Source: an uncultured Clostridia bacterium (GTDB taxonomy: Bacteria > Bacillota > Clostridia > Peptostreptococcales > Anaerovoracaceae). Taken from it: a stretch of DNA of 64,000 bases. Each line of letters begins with the position of its first letter. Position 1 is the first letter of the stretch. The notes beneath the pieces were generated by a model, which saw nothing but the letters and a program-made list of their open reading frames with translations, had not been told where the DNA came from and searched no databases. Below are positions 49,301 to 57,838 of this stretch, one piece after another. The stretch is from the NCBI GenBank assembly GCA_963558965.1, contig CAUWIT010000008.1:11423-75422 (forward strand), in the 5' to 3' direction. The translations under genes and the position numbers were made by a program.

Positions 49301-49983
49301 GGATTTTCTTTATCGCTTTTATTTCCAGAAGGTCTAAAAATCCACTTGAAATCCTTTATATCGCCATTTACATTTTCATCGTCAGTAGATACGCAAATGT
49401 ATTCACCATCTTTACTTTCGCCATTCCATGTACCTGTAACAATATATCCTTTGCCATCACTGCCTTTTGTATAGCTGATTGGAGAAACTGTCTGTCCTCC
49501 AATTTCTTCAGTGTGCCAAAGGGGCTCAAGAGTTTCATAATCGACAGCCTGTATCATGCCATTTCCAACTTGAGCAAATATTTTACCGTCTGCATAGATT
49601 AGTGGATTCATAGCATATCCCACATTTGCTACCATTTCATACGGGCTTCGCATAACCTCCTTTCCGGTTTCCTTATCCACTTTTACTATTTCTTTTCCCA
49701 CACCGATGTACAAATATCCGTCTAAAATAAGTGGCGGTGTTGGTGCTGCTCCCCAGCCAATTCCAAATTTACTTGCCCACTTTAGGTTTGTCGATTTGGC
49801 ACTAGTCGGGGTATTTACATCAGTAATACCATTGTTTTCCTGATTGTTTCTGAAGTTGTACCATTCTGCATTTGTAACTTCTTTAGCGTATCCAAATGAA
49901 GTAGGAACTATAACTGTTCCAAGCATCATAACTACGATAAAGAGCGACAAAAGCTTAGTAAACTTCTTCCCTCTAATACTCAT
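46393..49983 (-). CDS. Secreted protein: PQQ-like beta-propeller, cadherin-like sandwiches, Big_2 domain, helical repeat, three FnIII-like repeats
   Basis: Signal peptide from ATG 49983 (SD AAGGAGG); WYNFRNN..NNG and repeated W-blade motifs; YEVYRATSK / YYYKVRA repeats. Confidence 0.75.
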   Translation of the reverse strand: MSIRGKKFTKLLSLFIVVMMLGTVIVPTSFGYAKEVTNAEWYNFRNNQENNGITDVNTPTSAKSTNLKWASKFGIGWGAAPTPPLILDGYLYIGVGKEIVKVDKETGKEVMRSPYEMVANVGYAMNPLIYADGKIFAQVGNGMIQAVDYETLEPLWHTEEIGGQTVSPISYTKGSDGKGYIVTGTWNGESKDGEYICVSTDDENVNGDIKDFKWIFRPSGNKSDKENPDWNLTFDKELKNSANPSPRGFYWAGAYATPKYIAVGSDDGTSEGEYTTNAVFYTLDTETGEVISRVDGIKGDIRTTTVYDNGYLYFSTKGGQLHKIKVDENGNLGEDSYIDLGGMTTASPVVYKNKIYIGVCGKGGQFNPDGGHGFAVVDNSKEKLSSNSELYRIPIKGYPQTGALVSTAHVNDDFNNDGKADGRVYIYFTYNANPGGIYYTYDTPDQSEAAKISAELFIPPKEQQQYCISSLCADKKGTIYYKNDSCYLMAVESNPAYLEDIKVTTDSESAVSWDQTFDSRNGNYIVKVKGEDKYVNLEVKASAGSKVTVNGSEYKGKQKIEISDKPKDVAIKVSNGEYARTYNLKISQTAAITTLSELKVSTSNSYNSNLIPLKNEFSSEVYNYDCDITDQKEDEFYRIWAKSTDPNATVKVLANENVASKRNGEAVEKGTELKLNGTSNKYAAVYRVDKTKSASVTIEVTAENGKAKQNYELRLVEKIPVASIELNPKEVVILENSKIKIKAKVNPIDATYQDLSWSSLDEEVATVDQEGNVTAVKAGETTIAATAENGVVIGKSTVKVISKDSLVNKYLSIIETYKDKSKYNKAQQDEIDNVILEAKTALFSATTETEMMDIVNEAKAKLDKIKTAEEISKEKVDAVIAKINGIGTVTFEKETAIADARKAYNSLTSEEQKFVTNYDVLLAAEDSFSKLTVDAPKISVSLNKGAPRITWFKIKYASSYEVYRATSKNGKYSKTYTTSGTSYTNTGAVAGYTYYYKVVAIAKNGNNSEYSNIVSKARSPYDISVKMLYRSVDGKPILNWKDVKTATTYKVYRATSEKGQYSRICTTKGNSYTYKGATPGKTYYYKVRAYNKNDKLVGTSGQIRYKTKVIKPTIKIIKSTKPYIKWTKVSKAYKYEVYRSTVNKTGTFKKQYTTKNISYKNTSAKKGKTYYYKVRAISKDGRKSSFSSVVKIKSKK

Positions 49984-50014
49984 ACTTACCTCCTTTTTTA
50001 TAAAATATTTTTTA

Positions 50015-51289
50015 TTACCAAATATCAACTTCTTCACGCCATCCACCAGCGTTTACACTTATATATTCACGACCTAAAGAAGTTGTGAATCCCCATCGGA
50101 TTTCGTCCCCATCATTTAAATCTATATTGGAAGTTCCTGTTTCTAAGTATTCCCCATTTAAAATACATATCCAGCCAGAATCCTTATAAAAGTCAAACTC
50201 TCCTAAGCTGTCTTCTTTGTGTTTCATGATAGTGGCACCCTCAGCATCGAGTTTATCTTTTAATTTTTTAGGAATGGCATATCCGTTAGTTATACCGTTT
50301 TTGTAAATCCTGCTTAAGTATGCTCCTGTATATCCTGAAGATTTCATAGTATATGAAATGCCCTTGCTATCAAGCACTCTCTTAGTTACTTCCGCTATAC
50401 TTTCATCTTTATAAATATCTACAGTCATACCTGTTTCAACTATAGTTCCCTTACCTATAGTTTTAGCTTCAATAGTCACTCTAACTTGACCTATAACTTC
50501 TTTTTCTCCATTTGGATCTGCATAAATGGTGTAATTTTTAGTAATTGTATTATCTTCACTATCTTTTACAGTTATTGTTACTTTGTTTTCGCCTTCATTG
50601 ACGTCCCACTTGTATTTGCGTTCGTAGTTATTTGAACCAGAACTGCTAATTTTTTCGCCATTTACCCTAACTGTAAAATTAAATGCTTCTATTTTATATC
50701 CTTTGTAATCCTTAGCAGATAATTCAAATGACAATTTTAAACCTGCTATTGTCTCACCATCTTTTAGATTTGTTACAATAGTTGGCAATTTAGAGTTTTG
50801 GTCATCATCTCCTGGATTTTCTGGAACAACTGGATCGGTTGGTTTTTCTGGTTCTACCGGATCAGTTGGCTCAGTTGGTCCATCTGGACCATCTGGGCTA
50901 ATTTGCCCATCTGGATTTGTCGGTTTACCTGGACTTGTTGGGCCATCTTTACCATCGCTTGGTTTATTTTGTTTGCTCGGTTTTTCTTTTTCAATCTCCT
51001 GCTCTATACGATTTTCAAATTGATTTCTCTTTTCTTTTTCCTTTTTTTCAATTTGTTTTTGCTGTTGCTTCTGTTGTTTTTTGTATTCTTTTTCTTGATC
51101 CTTATTTAAAGAATACTTCTCCCCGCTAACTAGCACTTGCGAGCGATTTTTATTGATACTAGATATTGGATTTTCTCCTCTAGCCTCTGGTGTATTTTTC
51201 ACAACACCGTACAAAGCTCCAATTGAAATGGCCAAAATCACCAGTATTGCCACTGTAATTTTCTTTTTATTTGAAATGTTTTTTAACAT
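50015..51289 (-). CDS. Membrane-anchored DUF4430 protein with Pro-rich linker and Ig-like domain
   Basis: N-terminal TM helix, PT/PD-rich stalk, C-terminal SLGEFDFYKDSGW. Confidence 0.72.
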   Translation of the reverse strand: MLKNISNKKKITVAILVILAISIGALYGVVKNTPEARGENPISSINKNRSQVLVSGEKYSLNKDQEKEYKKQQKQQQKQIEKKEKEKRNQFENRIEQEIEKEKPSKQNKPSDGKDGPTSPGKPTNPDGQISPDGPDGPTEPTDPVEPEKPTDPVVPENPGDDDQNSKLPTIVTNLKDGETIAGLKLSFELSAKDYKGYKIEAFNFTVRVNGEKISSSGSNNYERKYKWDVNEGENKVTITVKDSEDNTITKNYTIYADPNGEKEVIGQVRVTIEAKTIGKGTIVETGMTVDIYKDESIAEVTKRVLDSKGISYTMKSSGYTGAYLSRIYKNGITNGYAIPKKLKDKLDAEGATIMKHKEDSLGEFDFYKDSGWICILNGEYLETGTSNIDLNDGDEIRWGFTTSLGREYISVNAGGWREEVDIW

Positions 51290-51294
51290 AACTC

Positions 51295-52230
51295 TTACCT
51301 TTTTTCTTGGTACAGTTTTTCATTTTTTTCTAATAGTTTAATGCTATCTAATGCTAAAAGTGCTTTTTCTGTTGCCATCACATTTGGATCATCACTGTCT
51401 TCATCAACTGTGTGTTTAAAACCGCCATCTGTTTTATATCTCATAAGTCCATCGTATAAGCTGTTGCCATCCTTTATAAATCTTTTATCATTTACAGGAT
51501 CAACTCCCACAGATGTTAGACCTATAATCACTTCTACTGTTGATTCGCAGTTTCCATAACTTCCGTCTTTTTGTTGCTTATCTGATAGCCCATCTACACA
51601 CTGGTCTATTGCACTTTTTACTTTTTTATCTTCCTTGTAGTAGCTTAGTCCTTGCAAATACATAGCCCCATAATCCACTATATTTTCAGTTTTATATGCT
51701 TTATTTTTTACTATCTCATCTGTCAATATATCTATGTACTTCTGTTCATTTTCAAGTTTTACACCTGCTACATTTGAAGCGATAAGGGCAAATGCCACTG
51801 CATTATTTCCTTGGTCTGTTACTTTTTTATAATTATCCAAAGGTTTGACTATATTGTATCCTTCTATATTTTCAGGATTTTCCCCTACGGCACAAACTCC
51901 AATAGTTACCCTTGCGTATTCCGTATAATACTTTTCGTCCAACACACCTTTTTCAGATTTTACAGTTGCCCTAACATCATCAAAATATGTGGTGAAGTAA
52001 CTTTGTTCATCATCTAACGAAATACCACTAGCTTTGACACCTTTAACCGCCCATTCTCCACCGACAGAACCTACACTTGCCGTTGGATTTAGCTCTTTGA
52101 CATCTGAAACTGTATCTTCAATTTGCTTGTTTATATCACCTTTGCCACAGCCGGTAAAAAACAATGCCATACACATGGTCAATACAACCAAAATAGATAT
52201 GCTACTTTTTCTTTTTTTGATTTTTTCCAT
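51295..52230 (-). CDS. Lipoprotein with alpha/alpha-barrel (prenyltransferase/squalene-oxidase repeat-like) fold
   Basis: Lipobox FFTG-C; QQKDGSYGNCESTVEVIIGL and DGGFKH QW-like repeats; MATEKALLAL. Confidence 0.72.
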   Translation of the reverse strand: MEKIKKRKSSISILVVLTMCMALFFTGCGKGDINKQIEDTVSDVKELNPTASVGSVGGEWAVKGVKASGISLDDEQSYFTTYFDDVRATVKSEKGVLDEKYYTEYARVTIGVCAVGENPENIEGYNIVKPLDNYKKVTDQGNNAVAFALIASNVAGVKLENEQKYIDILTDEIVKNKAYKTENIVDYGAMYLQGLSYYKEDKKVKSAIDQCVDGLSDKQQKDGSYGNCESTVEVIIGLTSVGVDPVNDKRFIKDGNSLYDGLMRYKTDGGFKHTVDEDSDDPNVMATEKALLALDSIKLLEKNEKLYQEKR

Positions 52231-54229
52231 GAGATTTCTTCTCCTTTTTAAGCCTCTTCAAACTTGCCGCCATGTTTTCCCTATCTTCTTCACTTATCTC
52301 ATCTTGACTGTAAGCAGCCTTGTTACCTAAGATTTTTTCTTCTTCGCCTATATCCAATTTCAGTTCTTCCATATAGCCATACATAGCAGCTACAGCGACT
52401 TTGGCCTCGCCTTTTTTAAACAACTTGTTTCGTCTGTAAATAACTATCCATTTTTTAACACATCTATAGAGGAAATAAATTAACAATAGTAGTAACAATC
52501 CTAAAATTGCAATAGTTACAATCACTCCAATTTTAAAATCTATATCTTTGTTAGTCTTGTTTTCCTTTGTTTGTTGCTTGCTTTTAACACTGTTGTTATT
52601 TTGTTCAAACTTCTTTTTAACAGCATTATTTGACAATCCTATTGTCATATCTGCTTCTTCCATGCGACCTTCGTACTCTGGGCAAACTTCAATAGGTACA
52701 AAACCTACACCATCTACATATATTTCTGTCCATGCATGAATGTCTTTTGGGGTTATTTCTACTTTTTCTCCCGCCTTAGCTTTTTTCACAGCATCAGGTG
52801 TTAAAAGATACCCTTCTACATACCTAGCTGGTATGCCATAATATCTAAACATTAGAGTAGCCGCTGTTGCATAATGTATATCATAGCCTTTATTTTTTTC
52901 GAAAATAGCTGAGGTTACATCTGTATTTTTATCTGTGATTAGTCCTGGATTTTCAGTATACAAAATGTTTTCATCAAGATATTTTTTTACCTTGTTTATA
53001 GCTGTTTTGTATTCTATATGTCCTTTTGATTGATCACCTTTATTGCCGATATAGTTTTTCATCAATCTTATATCGCTAATAGATAAATATGTGTATTTTT
53101 CATAGACAAACTGATTGTAATAGCTTTCGTTTACTAAATATTTTTTCATATCTTTTGTTTTTTCTTTAGTAAACATTTTGGCTGCTATTTCAGTCCAGTT
53201 TTTTACGCTGTTTTGTTTTGTCTTATATTGATAGCTTTTCATCTTACTTCTATTGTTTTTTGTAAGATAATTGTTGTACCAATTTACTTCGTCTCCACCT
53301 AGCTCGCTTATTTCATAAGGAATATATCCATATTTTTTATTTGCCTTTTTTACATTTATCTCTACGTCTATATCCTTGTCTTTTGTTCCAGTTAATATGC
53401 CCGCCTGTCCTATTTGACCCATGCCATTGAAATTTTCTTTTTCTAGCCAATACATTAGATTTTTTGATTGGTCATAATCTTCGTAAGGAAGTGTTTCCCA
53501 TGTATTTCCGTTATGTACTTCGCCAACAAATCCTCTTAAATACATGGATTGTGGTTTTGACATAGTTACTTCCAACGCTACTTGGTCTTCGTCTACATCT
53601 CGTTTTGTTTGGTACAAATCACCTCCACCTAGGGGAGATTTGCCATATTTAAATTGGTCTATTTTCTTTTCTATTTTTTTATCAATTAGTCCAATTTTGT
53701 ATGGTCTTGTCATATATTTGCTAGTTGCCGGCAAAAAAACTAATGTTAAAACCAGCGAAACCATCAAAGCAACCAATATGACATTCCACCTTGATAAGCT
53801 CTTTTGGTTTATGTATATAAAATCAAGTGCCAATGCGCCTACAAGGACAATGGCCCACAATACTGCTGGGGCTAGGCTTGTCACTAATGTGGGGATCAGA
53901 GGTATTGCCACAAAAATTAAAAGTAGCCACTTGTTTTCACTTTTAAAAATCAACCAGCTTACCAATGCAAATGCGATTATTGTAATGGGGATAAATAAGC
54001 TAAAGCTGTCGCTTGCTCCTGATAATTCTTTTAAAACTATCCCGTCATCATTTAAAACTGTTGTTGCTATAGTGTTCCACAACTTTTTGAAGCCTATTGT
54101 AAAGTTAGTTATGTTGAAAACACTACAAAAACATCCGACTTCTGCAACAGCTGTAAATACACATAGCAAAAGCGTTACGAATTTATTATTTTTTAAATTG
54201 TTCTGGTCTATATAAATTAACTTTTCCAT
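52202..54229 (-). CDS. Membrane protein with transglutaminase-like domain (catalytic Cys replaced)
   Basis: Multi-TM N-terminus; GYDIHYATA...GIPARYVEGY...HAWTEIY. Confidence 0.8.
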   Translation of the reverse strand: MEKLIYIDQNNLKNNKFVTLLLCVFTAVAEVGCFCSVFNITNFTIGFKKLWNTIATTVLNDDGIVLKELSGASDSFSLFIPITIIAFALVSWLIFKSENKWLLLIFVAIPLIPTLVTSLAPAVLWAIVLVGALALDFIYINQKSLSRWNVILVALMVSLVLTLVFLPATSKYMTRPYKIGLIDKKIEKKIDQFKYGKSPLGGGDLYQTKRDVDEDQVALEVTMSKPQSMYLRGFVGEVHNGNTWETLPYEDYDQSKNLMYWLEKENFNGMGQIGQAGILTGTKDKDIDVEINVKKANKKYGYIPYEISELGGDEVNWYNNYLTKNNRSKMKSYQYKTKQNSVKNWTEIAAKMFTKEKTKDMKKYLVNESYYNQFVYEKYTYLSISDIRLMKNYIGNKGDQSKGHIEYKTAINKVKKYLDENILYTENPGLITDKNTDVTSAIFEKNKGYDIHYATAATLMFRYYGIPARYVEGYLLTPDAVKKAKAGEKVEITPKDIHAWTEIYVDGVGFVPIEVCPEYEGRMEEADMTIGLSNNAVKKKFEQNNNSVKSKQQTKENKTNKDIDFKIGVIVTIAILGLLLLLLIYFLYRCVKKWIVIYRRNKLFKKGEAKVAVAAMYGYMEELKLDIGEEEKILGNKAAYSQDEISEEDRENMAASLKRLKKEKKSHGKNQKKKK

Positions 54230-55268
54230 ATTCCAAAAATCTTTCTAATGCTACATCTCTGTTTGATACTACTGCAAAATTCGAATAATTTTTATCGCAC
54301 TGTGCTTCTATAAACTGTTCGCTTACAGGTCTTAACTTATCTGTAAAAGGACTTGTTAAAAACTCTGGCAAAATAGACCACAGGTCTTCTTCGTCTTCTA
54401 TTTTAAAAGTTACAAATTTTTGTTTTGTCCAGTTATACCAACCTATATTGTGTGGTATATTTTTTCGTAAAAATGTATATGACAGGGATACTGCAAATTC
54501 TGTTGCTTGGCTTTTCTCGATTTTTCCAAATGTTTCATCTTGCAATATGCCTTTGTCTACGATTATCATCAGTTTGTTATCAACGGGTAACCCTAGCTCT
54601 CTTATAACTATGTCATCCATTTTTCCTGATAGTTTCCAATGTATTGATTTAATGTTGTTTCCCGGCTGATATGTGTTAATACCAAAAGTTTCACTGCTGT
54701 CATTACCTTTTTTATTTGGTGAAAATTTGTAGCTTTCCATATCGTAATGGCTCTGTTCTTCTTTTGTAATATCAAGCTCTCTTACTTGGGGCAATACATA
54801 TACATAGTCATATAAGTCTTCTTCTATTTTTTCTGACATTTTGCCAAAGGTGTCCTTCACTTCCACTTCTTTTAGTTCAACTAAAATACCGCCGCAAAGT
54901 GAATCTTTTATTTGAAATTTTATTTCTTTTTTTCCTTTTGGTCCTATGTTTACAATCCAATTTTCACTGTCTTTTTGTCCAGTAATTATATTTTTTATAT
55001 GGACTTTTACAGATATATTTAAAATTGGCATCTGACCTTGGTTTTTCAATTTTACTGTGATTTGGTTTTGCTTATCTGCTGAAACTGTTTCCATAGATAC
55101 TTGCAAATTTTTCTTGCCTTTTTCAACCATGATTTTTGAAAATACAAGATACAAAACTGTCAATAGTACAAGGCTTGAAACTATCATTCCTTCTTTTGAT
55201 ATATATGCAAATATTGTTACAGCCAAAATAGCTAAAACCAAAATCAATTTCTTTATCTTATTTTTCAT
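54186..55268 (-). CDS. DUF58 domain protein (MoxR partner)
   Basis: GNDSSETFGINTYQPG..IHWKLSGK motif; N-terminal TM helices. Confidence 0.82.
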   Translation of the reverse strand: MKNKIKKLILVLAILAVTIFAYISKEGMIVSSLVLLTVLYLVFSKIMVEKGKKNLQVSMETVSADKQNQITVKLKNQGQMPILNISVKVHIKNIITGQKDSENWIVNIGPKGKKEIKFQIKDSLCGGILVELKEVEVKDTFGKMSEKIEEDLYDYVYVLPQVRELDITKEEQSHYDMESYKFSPNKKGNDSSETFGINTYQPGNNIKSIHWKLSGKMDDIVIRELGLPVDNKLMIIVDKGILQDETFGKIEKSQATEFAVSLSYTFLRKNIPHNIGWYNWTKQKFVTFKIEDEEDLWSILPEFLTSPFTDKLRPVSEQFIEAQCDKNYSNFAVVSNRDVALERFLEYGKVNLYRPEQFKK

Positions 55269-55270
55269 AG

Positions 55271-56203
55271 TTAATCAAGTTTCGGTGCTACTACTTCTTT
55301 TAAAATATCTTCTAAAACTGCTGTGCTATCTTTATCTGCAAGCTGAGCTTTTGGATGAAGGATAATTCTGTGTTTATTAACATCTACGTACAATTTGTCT
55401 ACGTCTTCTGGTGTTACAAAATTTCTACCTTGTACATAGGCCTCAGCTTTAGCAATAGATGCAAGAGCCAATGCTCCACGAGGGCTTACGCCAAGTTTTA
55501 CCAAAGGATGATTTCTTGTCCCTTCTGTTAAAGCAGTTATATATTTATATATTTTTACATCTACAAAAGTATCCCTTGCTTCTTTTATCATATTTTCCAG
55601 TTGCTCTACAGTTAGAACTTGTTCTATTTTATATAAGGGATCTTCTTTATCTCTGTTTTGCAATATAGCAACTTGGTCTTCAAAGCTAGGATATCCCATG
55701 GAAAGCTGTATCATAAATCTATCCAGCTGAGCTTCTGGCAACATCTGTGTGCCGATAGTGCCTATAGGGTTTTGTGTTGCCATTACTATAAATGGATGTG
55801 GCACATCATGTGTAACTCCATCAACTGTTACTTTGCCTTCTTGCATTACTTCTAGCAAAGCTGACTGAGTCTTACTTGAAGTTCTGTTTATTTCATCTGC
55901 CAAGAAAAAGTTGCACATAGCTGCACCTGGATTGTATTTAAATGATCCTTTTTCCTTATCATACATAGTGAAACCTGTTATATCTGAAGGAACCACATCA
56001 GGTGTAAACTGTACTCTGTTAAATTTAAGTCCCATAGCTTTTGTACAGGCCAATGCCAATGTAGTTTTTCCAACTCCTGGTATATCTTCTAACAAAATAT
56101 GGCCTCCAGCTAAAATAGCTACTAAAACTTTTTCAATAACTTCGTCTTTACCTGTTACAGCTTTTCCTATTTCCTCTTTGATTTTTAAGATTTCTGTATT
56201 CAT
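55271..56203 (-). CDS. MoxR-family AAA+ ATPase
   Basis: EDIPGVGKT, RVQFTPDVVPSDITG, DEINR, ATQNP, LPEAQLDRF. Confidence 0.93.
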   Translation of the reverse strand: MNTEILKIKEEIGKAVTGKDEVIEKVLVAILAGGHILLEDIPGVGKTTLALACTKAMGLKFNRVQFTPDVVPSDITGFTMYDKEKGSFKYNPGAAMCNFFLADEINRTSSKTQSALLEVMQEGKVTVDGVTHDVPHPFIVMATQNPIGTIGTQMLPEAQLDRFMIQLSMGYPSFEDQVAILQNRDKEDPLYKIEQVLTVEQLENMIKEARDTFVDVKIYKYITALTEGTRNHPLVKLGVSPRGALALASIAKAEAYVQGRNFVTPEDVDKLYVDVNKHRIILHPKAQLADKDSTAVLEDILKEVVAPKLD

Positions 56204-56251
56204 CTCATCTCTCCATCTGTTTAAAATTGTTTTCTAAATTATTTTTGGGCA

Positions 56252-56283
56252 TAAAAAAAAGACTATTTGCATTACAAATAGCC
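56252..56283 (-). terminator. Attenuator terminator of cobalamin riboswitch 1
   Basis: GGCTATTTG-TAATG-CAAATAGTC followed by a U tract on the minus strand. Confidence 0.8.
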
Positions 56284-56320
56284 CGTATATCTATCTATTA
56301 CAAATGATACTCGTCATTGA

Positions 56321-56485
56321 TATTTTCAAGCAAGTCTCCTGACTTGTGCATCATCACAGACCTTTGCCATCCCAAAAAAACTCTTATTTCAGTGGCTTAT
56401 TAAAGGGCTGCTCCTCACTTACAGTGGCGGTACCGTACAGGACTTTAACCTGTTTCCTTTATTAAGTATATTAACACTTGAAAAT
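56321..56485 (-). promoter_or_regulatory. Cobalamin riboswitch, long class-I type
   Basis: AAGGAAACAGGTTAAAGTCCTGT...CCGCCACTGTAA...GCCACTG...GGGATGGC...AAGTCAGGAGACTTGC; own promoter TTGACA(56527-56532)-17-TAAAAT(56504-56509). Confidence 0.93.
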
Positions 56486-56523
56486 CTATTCCCCTGTCCT
56501 AATATTTTATATCTTTAGCATTA

Positions 56524-57273
56524 TCATGTCAACAATGCTTTTACAGTTGATTCGCACTGTCTACTCTCTACAGTCATTGAAAACTGTGGATTTTTAGCCT
56601 GTCTAACAATTTCGACAATTTTCTTTATATCCATATTTCCCTTATCTATTGGATTGTGCTCATCTTCGCTTCCAAAGTTGTTATGTATATGCATATGAGT
56701 CACATAAGGAGCTAAAACTTTTGCCCATGTTTCCACATTTATTTCCTTGTCGGTCATAGCATTTGCATGGCCCACATCTAGACATATGGTCGCTCTTTTA
56801 TCGTCTATTGCTTCTATTAGATCTCGCATTACATATGGCTCATCTTCGAAAACGTTTTCTATCATTATATTAAAATCCGCCGGTTTATCACGTAAAAATG
56901 TTCTCCAAAACTTTACGGATTTTTCTATGTGCCACTGTTTATAATACAAAAGAGGTATGTAACCTGTGTGTACAACCATTCTTTTAACTCCTAATTCTTT
57001 ACAGATATCGTATGCCTCGTTTAACCTATCTAAGCCTAACTGAACAGCTCTTGGATCTATGGACGCCGGTATGATTTCAGTAAAAGGCCCATGAACTATA
57101 GCTTTTTGAGCATTTGATGCAGCGAAATCCTTTTTCATTTGTCTCAATGTTCTTTCTCGTCTATCTAAATTTTCAGAGATGCAAAGATGGTTAAATTCCA
57201 TGTTTACTCCATATTTATTTATCACTTCTATGGCATTTTCTGAAAAAGTAGCCACATATATATTAGTATTCAT
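56524..57273 (-). CDS. Xylose-isomerase-like / AP endonuclease 2 TIM-barrel metalloenzyme
   Basis: VHGPF, VVHTG, IENVFE, LDVGHA, HMHIHNN, HNP, TVES metal-ligand pattern. Confidence 0.82.
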   Translation of the reverse strand: MNTNIYVATFSENAIEVINKYGVNMEFNHLCISENLDRRERTLRQMKKDFAASNAQKAIVHGPFTEIIPASIDPRAVQLGLDRLNEAYDICKELGVKRMVVHTGYIPLLYYKQWHIEKSVKFWRTFLRDKPADFNIMIENVFEDEPYVMRDLIEAIDDKRATICLDVGHANAMTDKEINVETWAKVLAPYVTHMHIHNNFGSEDEHNPIDKGNMDIKKIVEIVRQAKNPQFSMTVESRQCESTVKALLT

Positions 57274-57838
57274 CTATGTTTACATCCTTACCGTTGTCAC
57301 ATGTATATACCCATACGACTTTATCATTGTTTTTTAACTTGTATTGAGAACATCCGTAATTAGGATATTTTTTATTTACATAATACTGCCATCCACTTAA
57401 CTTGCCACCATCAAATTCGTAAATGTGATTGATACCTTCTACATAATATGAATCGTAGGATTTTGTATAGCTGTACTCAGTCTGTATGTTTTCCTTGTTT
57501 GTAGCTTTTTTTAACAAATCAAAAGCAGTTGCATCTTTTTCAAGAGTATACTGAGTTTCCTTTAATATAACTCCATCTTTTGGAACCCATTTTGCTTTTT
57601 CCTGTTTTTTTAGTTTGTCCATATTGTTAGATAAATTGTCGCACCTTATTTCCATAGTAACTTTTATAGTATTTTTACCATCTACATCTTTTTGTGCGTC
57701 CTTCATAGCCTTGTCTTTCGTTTCAATATTCATCGTCCCAAAGACAACTATTGCAACAACAACTAAAATACATATAATCCCTATATTTCTCTTCTTTTTA
57801 TTTTTTATTTTTTTCTCAAACTCACTCATAAAACTCAC
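57263..57838 (-). CDS. Membrane-anchored DUF4430 protein (likely cobalamin-binding partner of the ECF transporter)
   Basis: YYVEGINHIYEFDGGKLSGWQYYVN..YPNYGCSQY. Confidence 0.85.
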   Translation of the reverse strand: MSFMSEFEKKIKNKKKRNIGIICILVVVAIVVFGTMNIETKDKAMKDAQKDVDGKNTIKVTMEIRCDNLSNNMDKLKKQEKAKWVPKDGVILKETQYTLEKDATAFDLLKKATNKENIQTEYSYTKSYDSYYVEGINHIYEFDGGKLSGWQYYVNKKYPNYGCSQYKLKNNDKVVWVYTCDNGKDVNIDEY

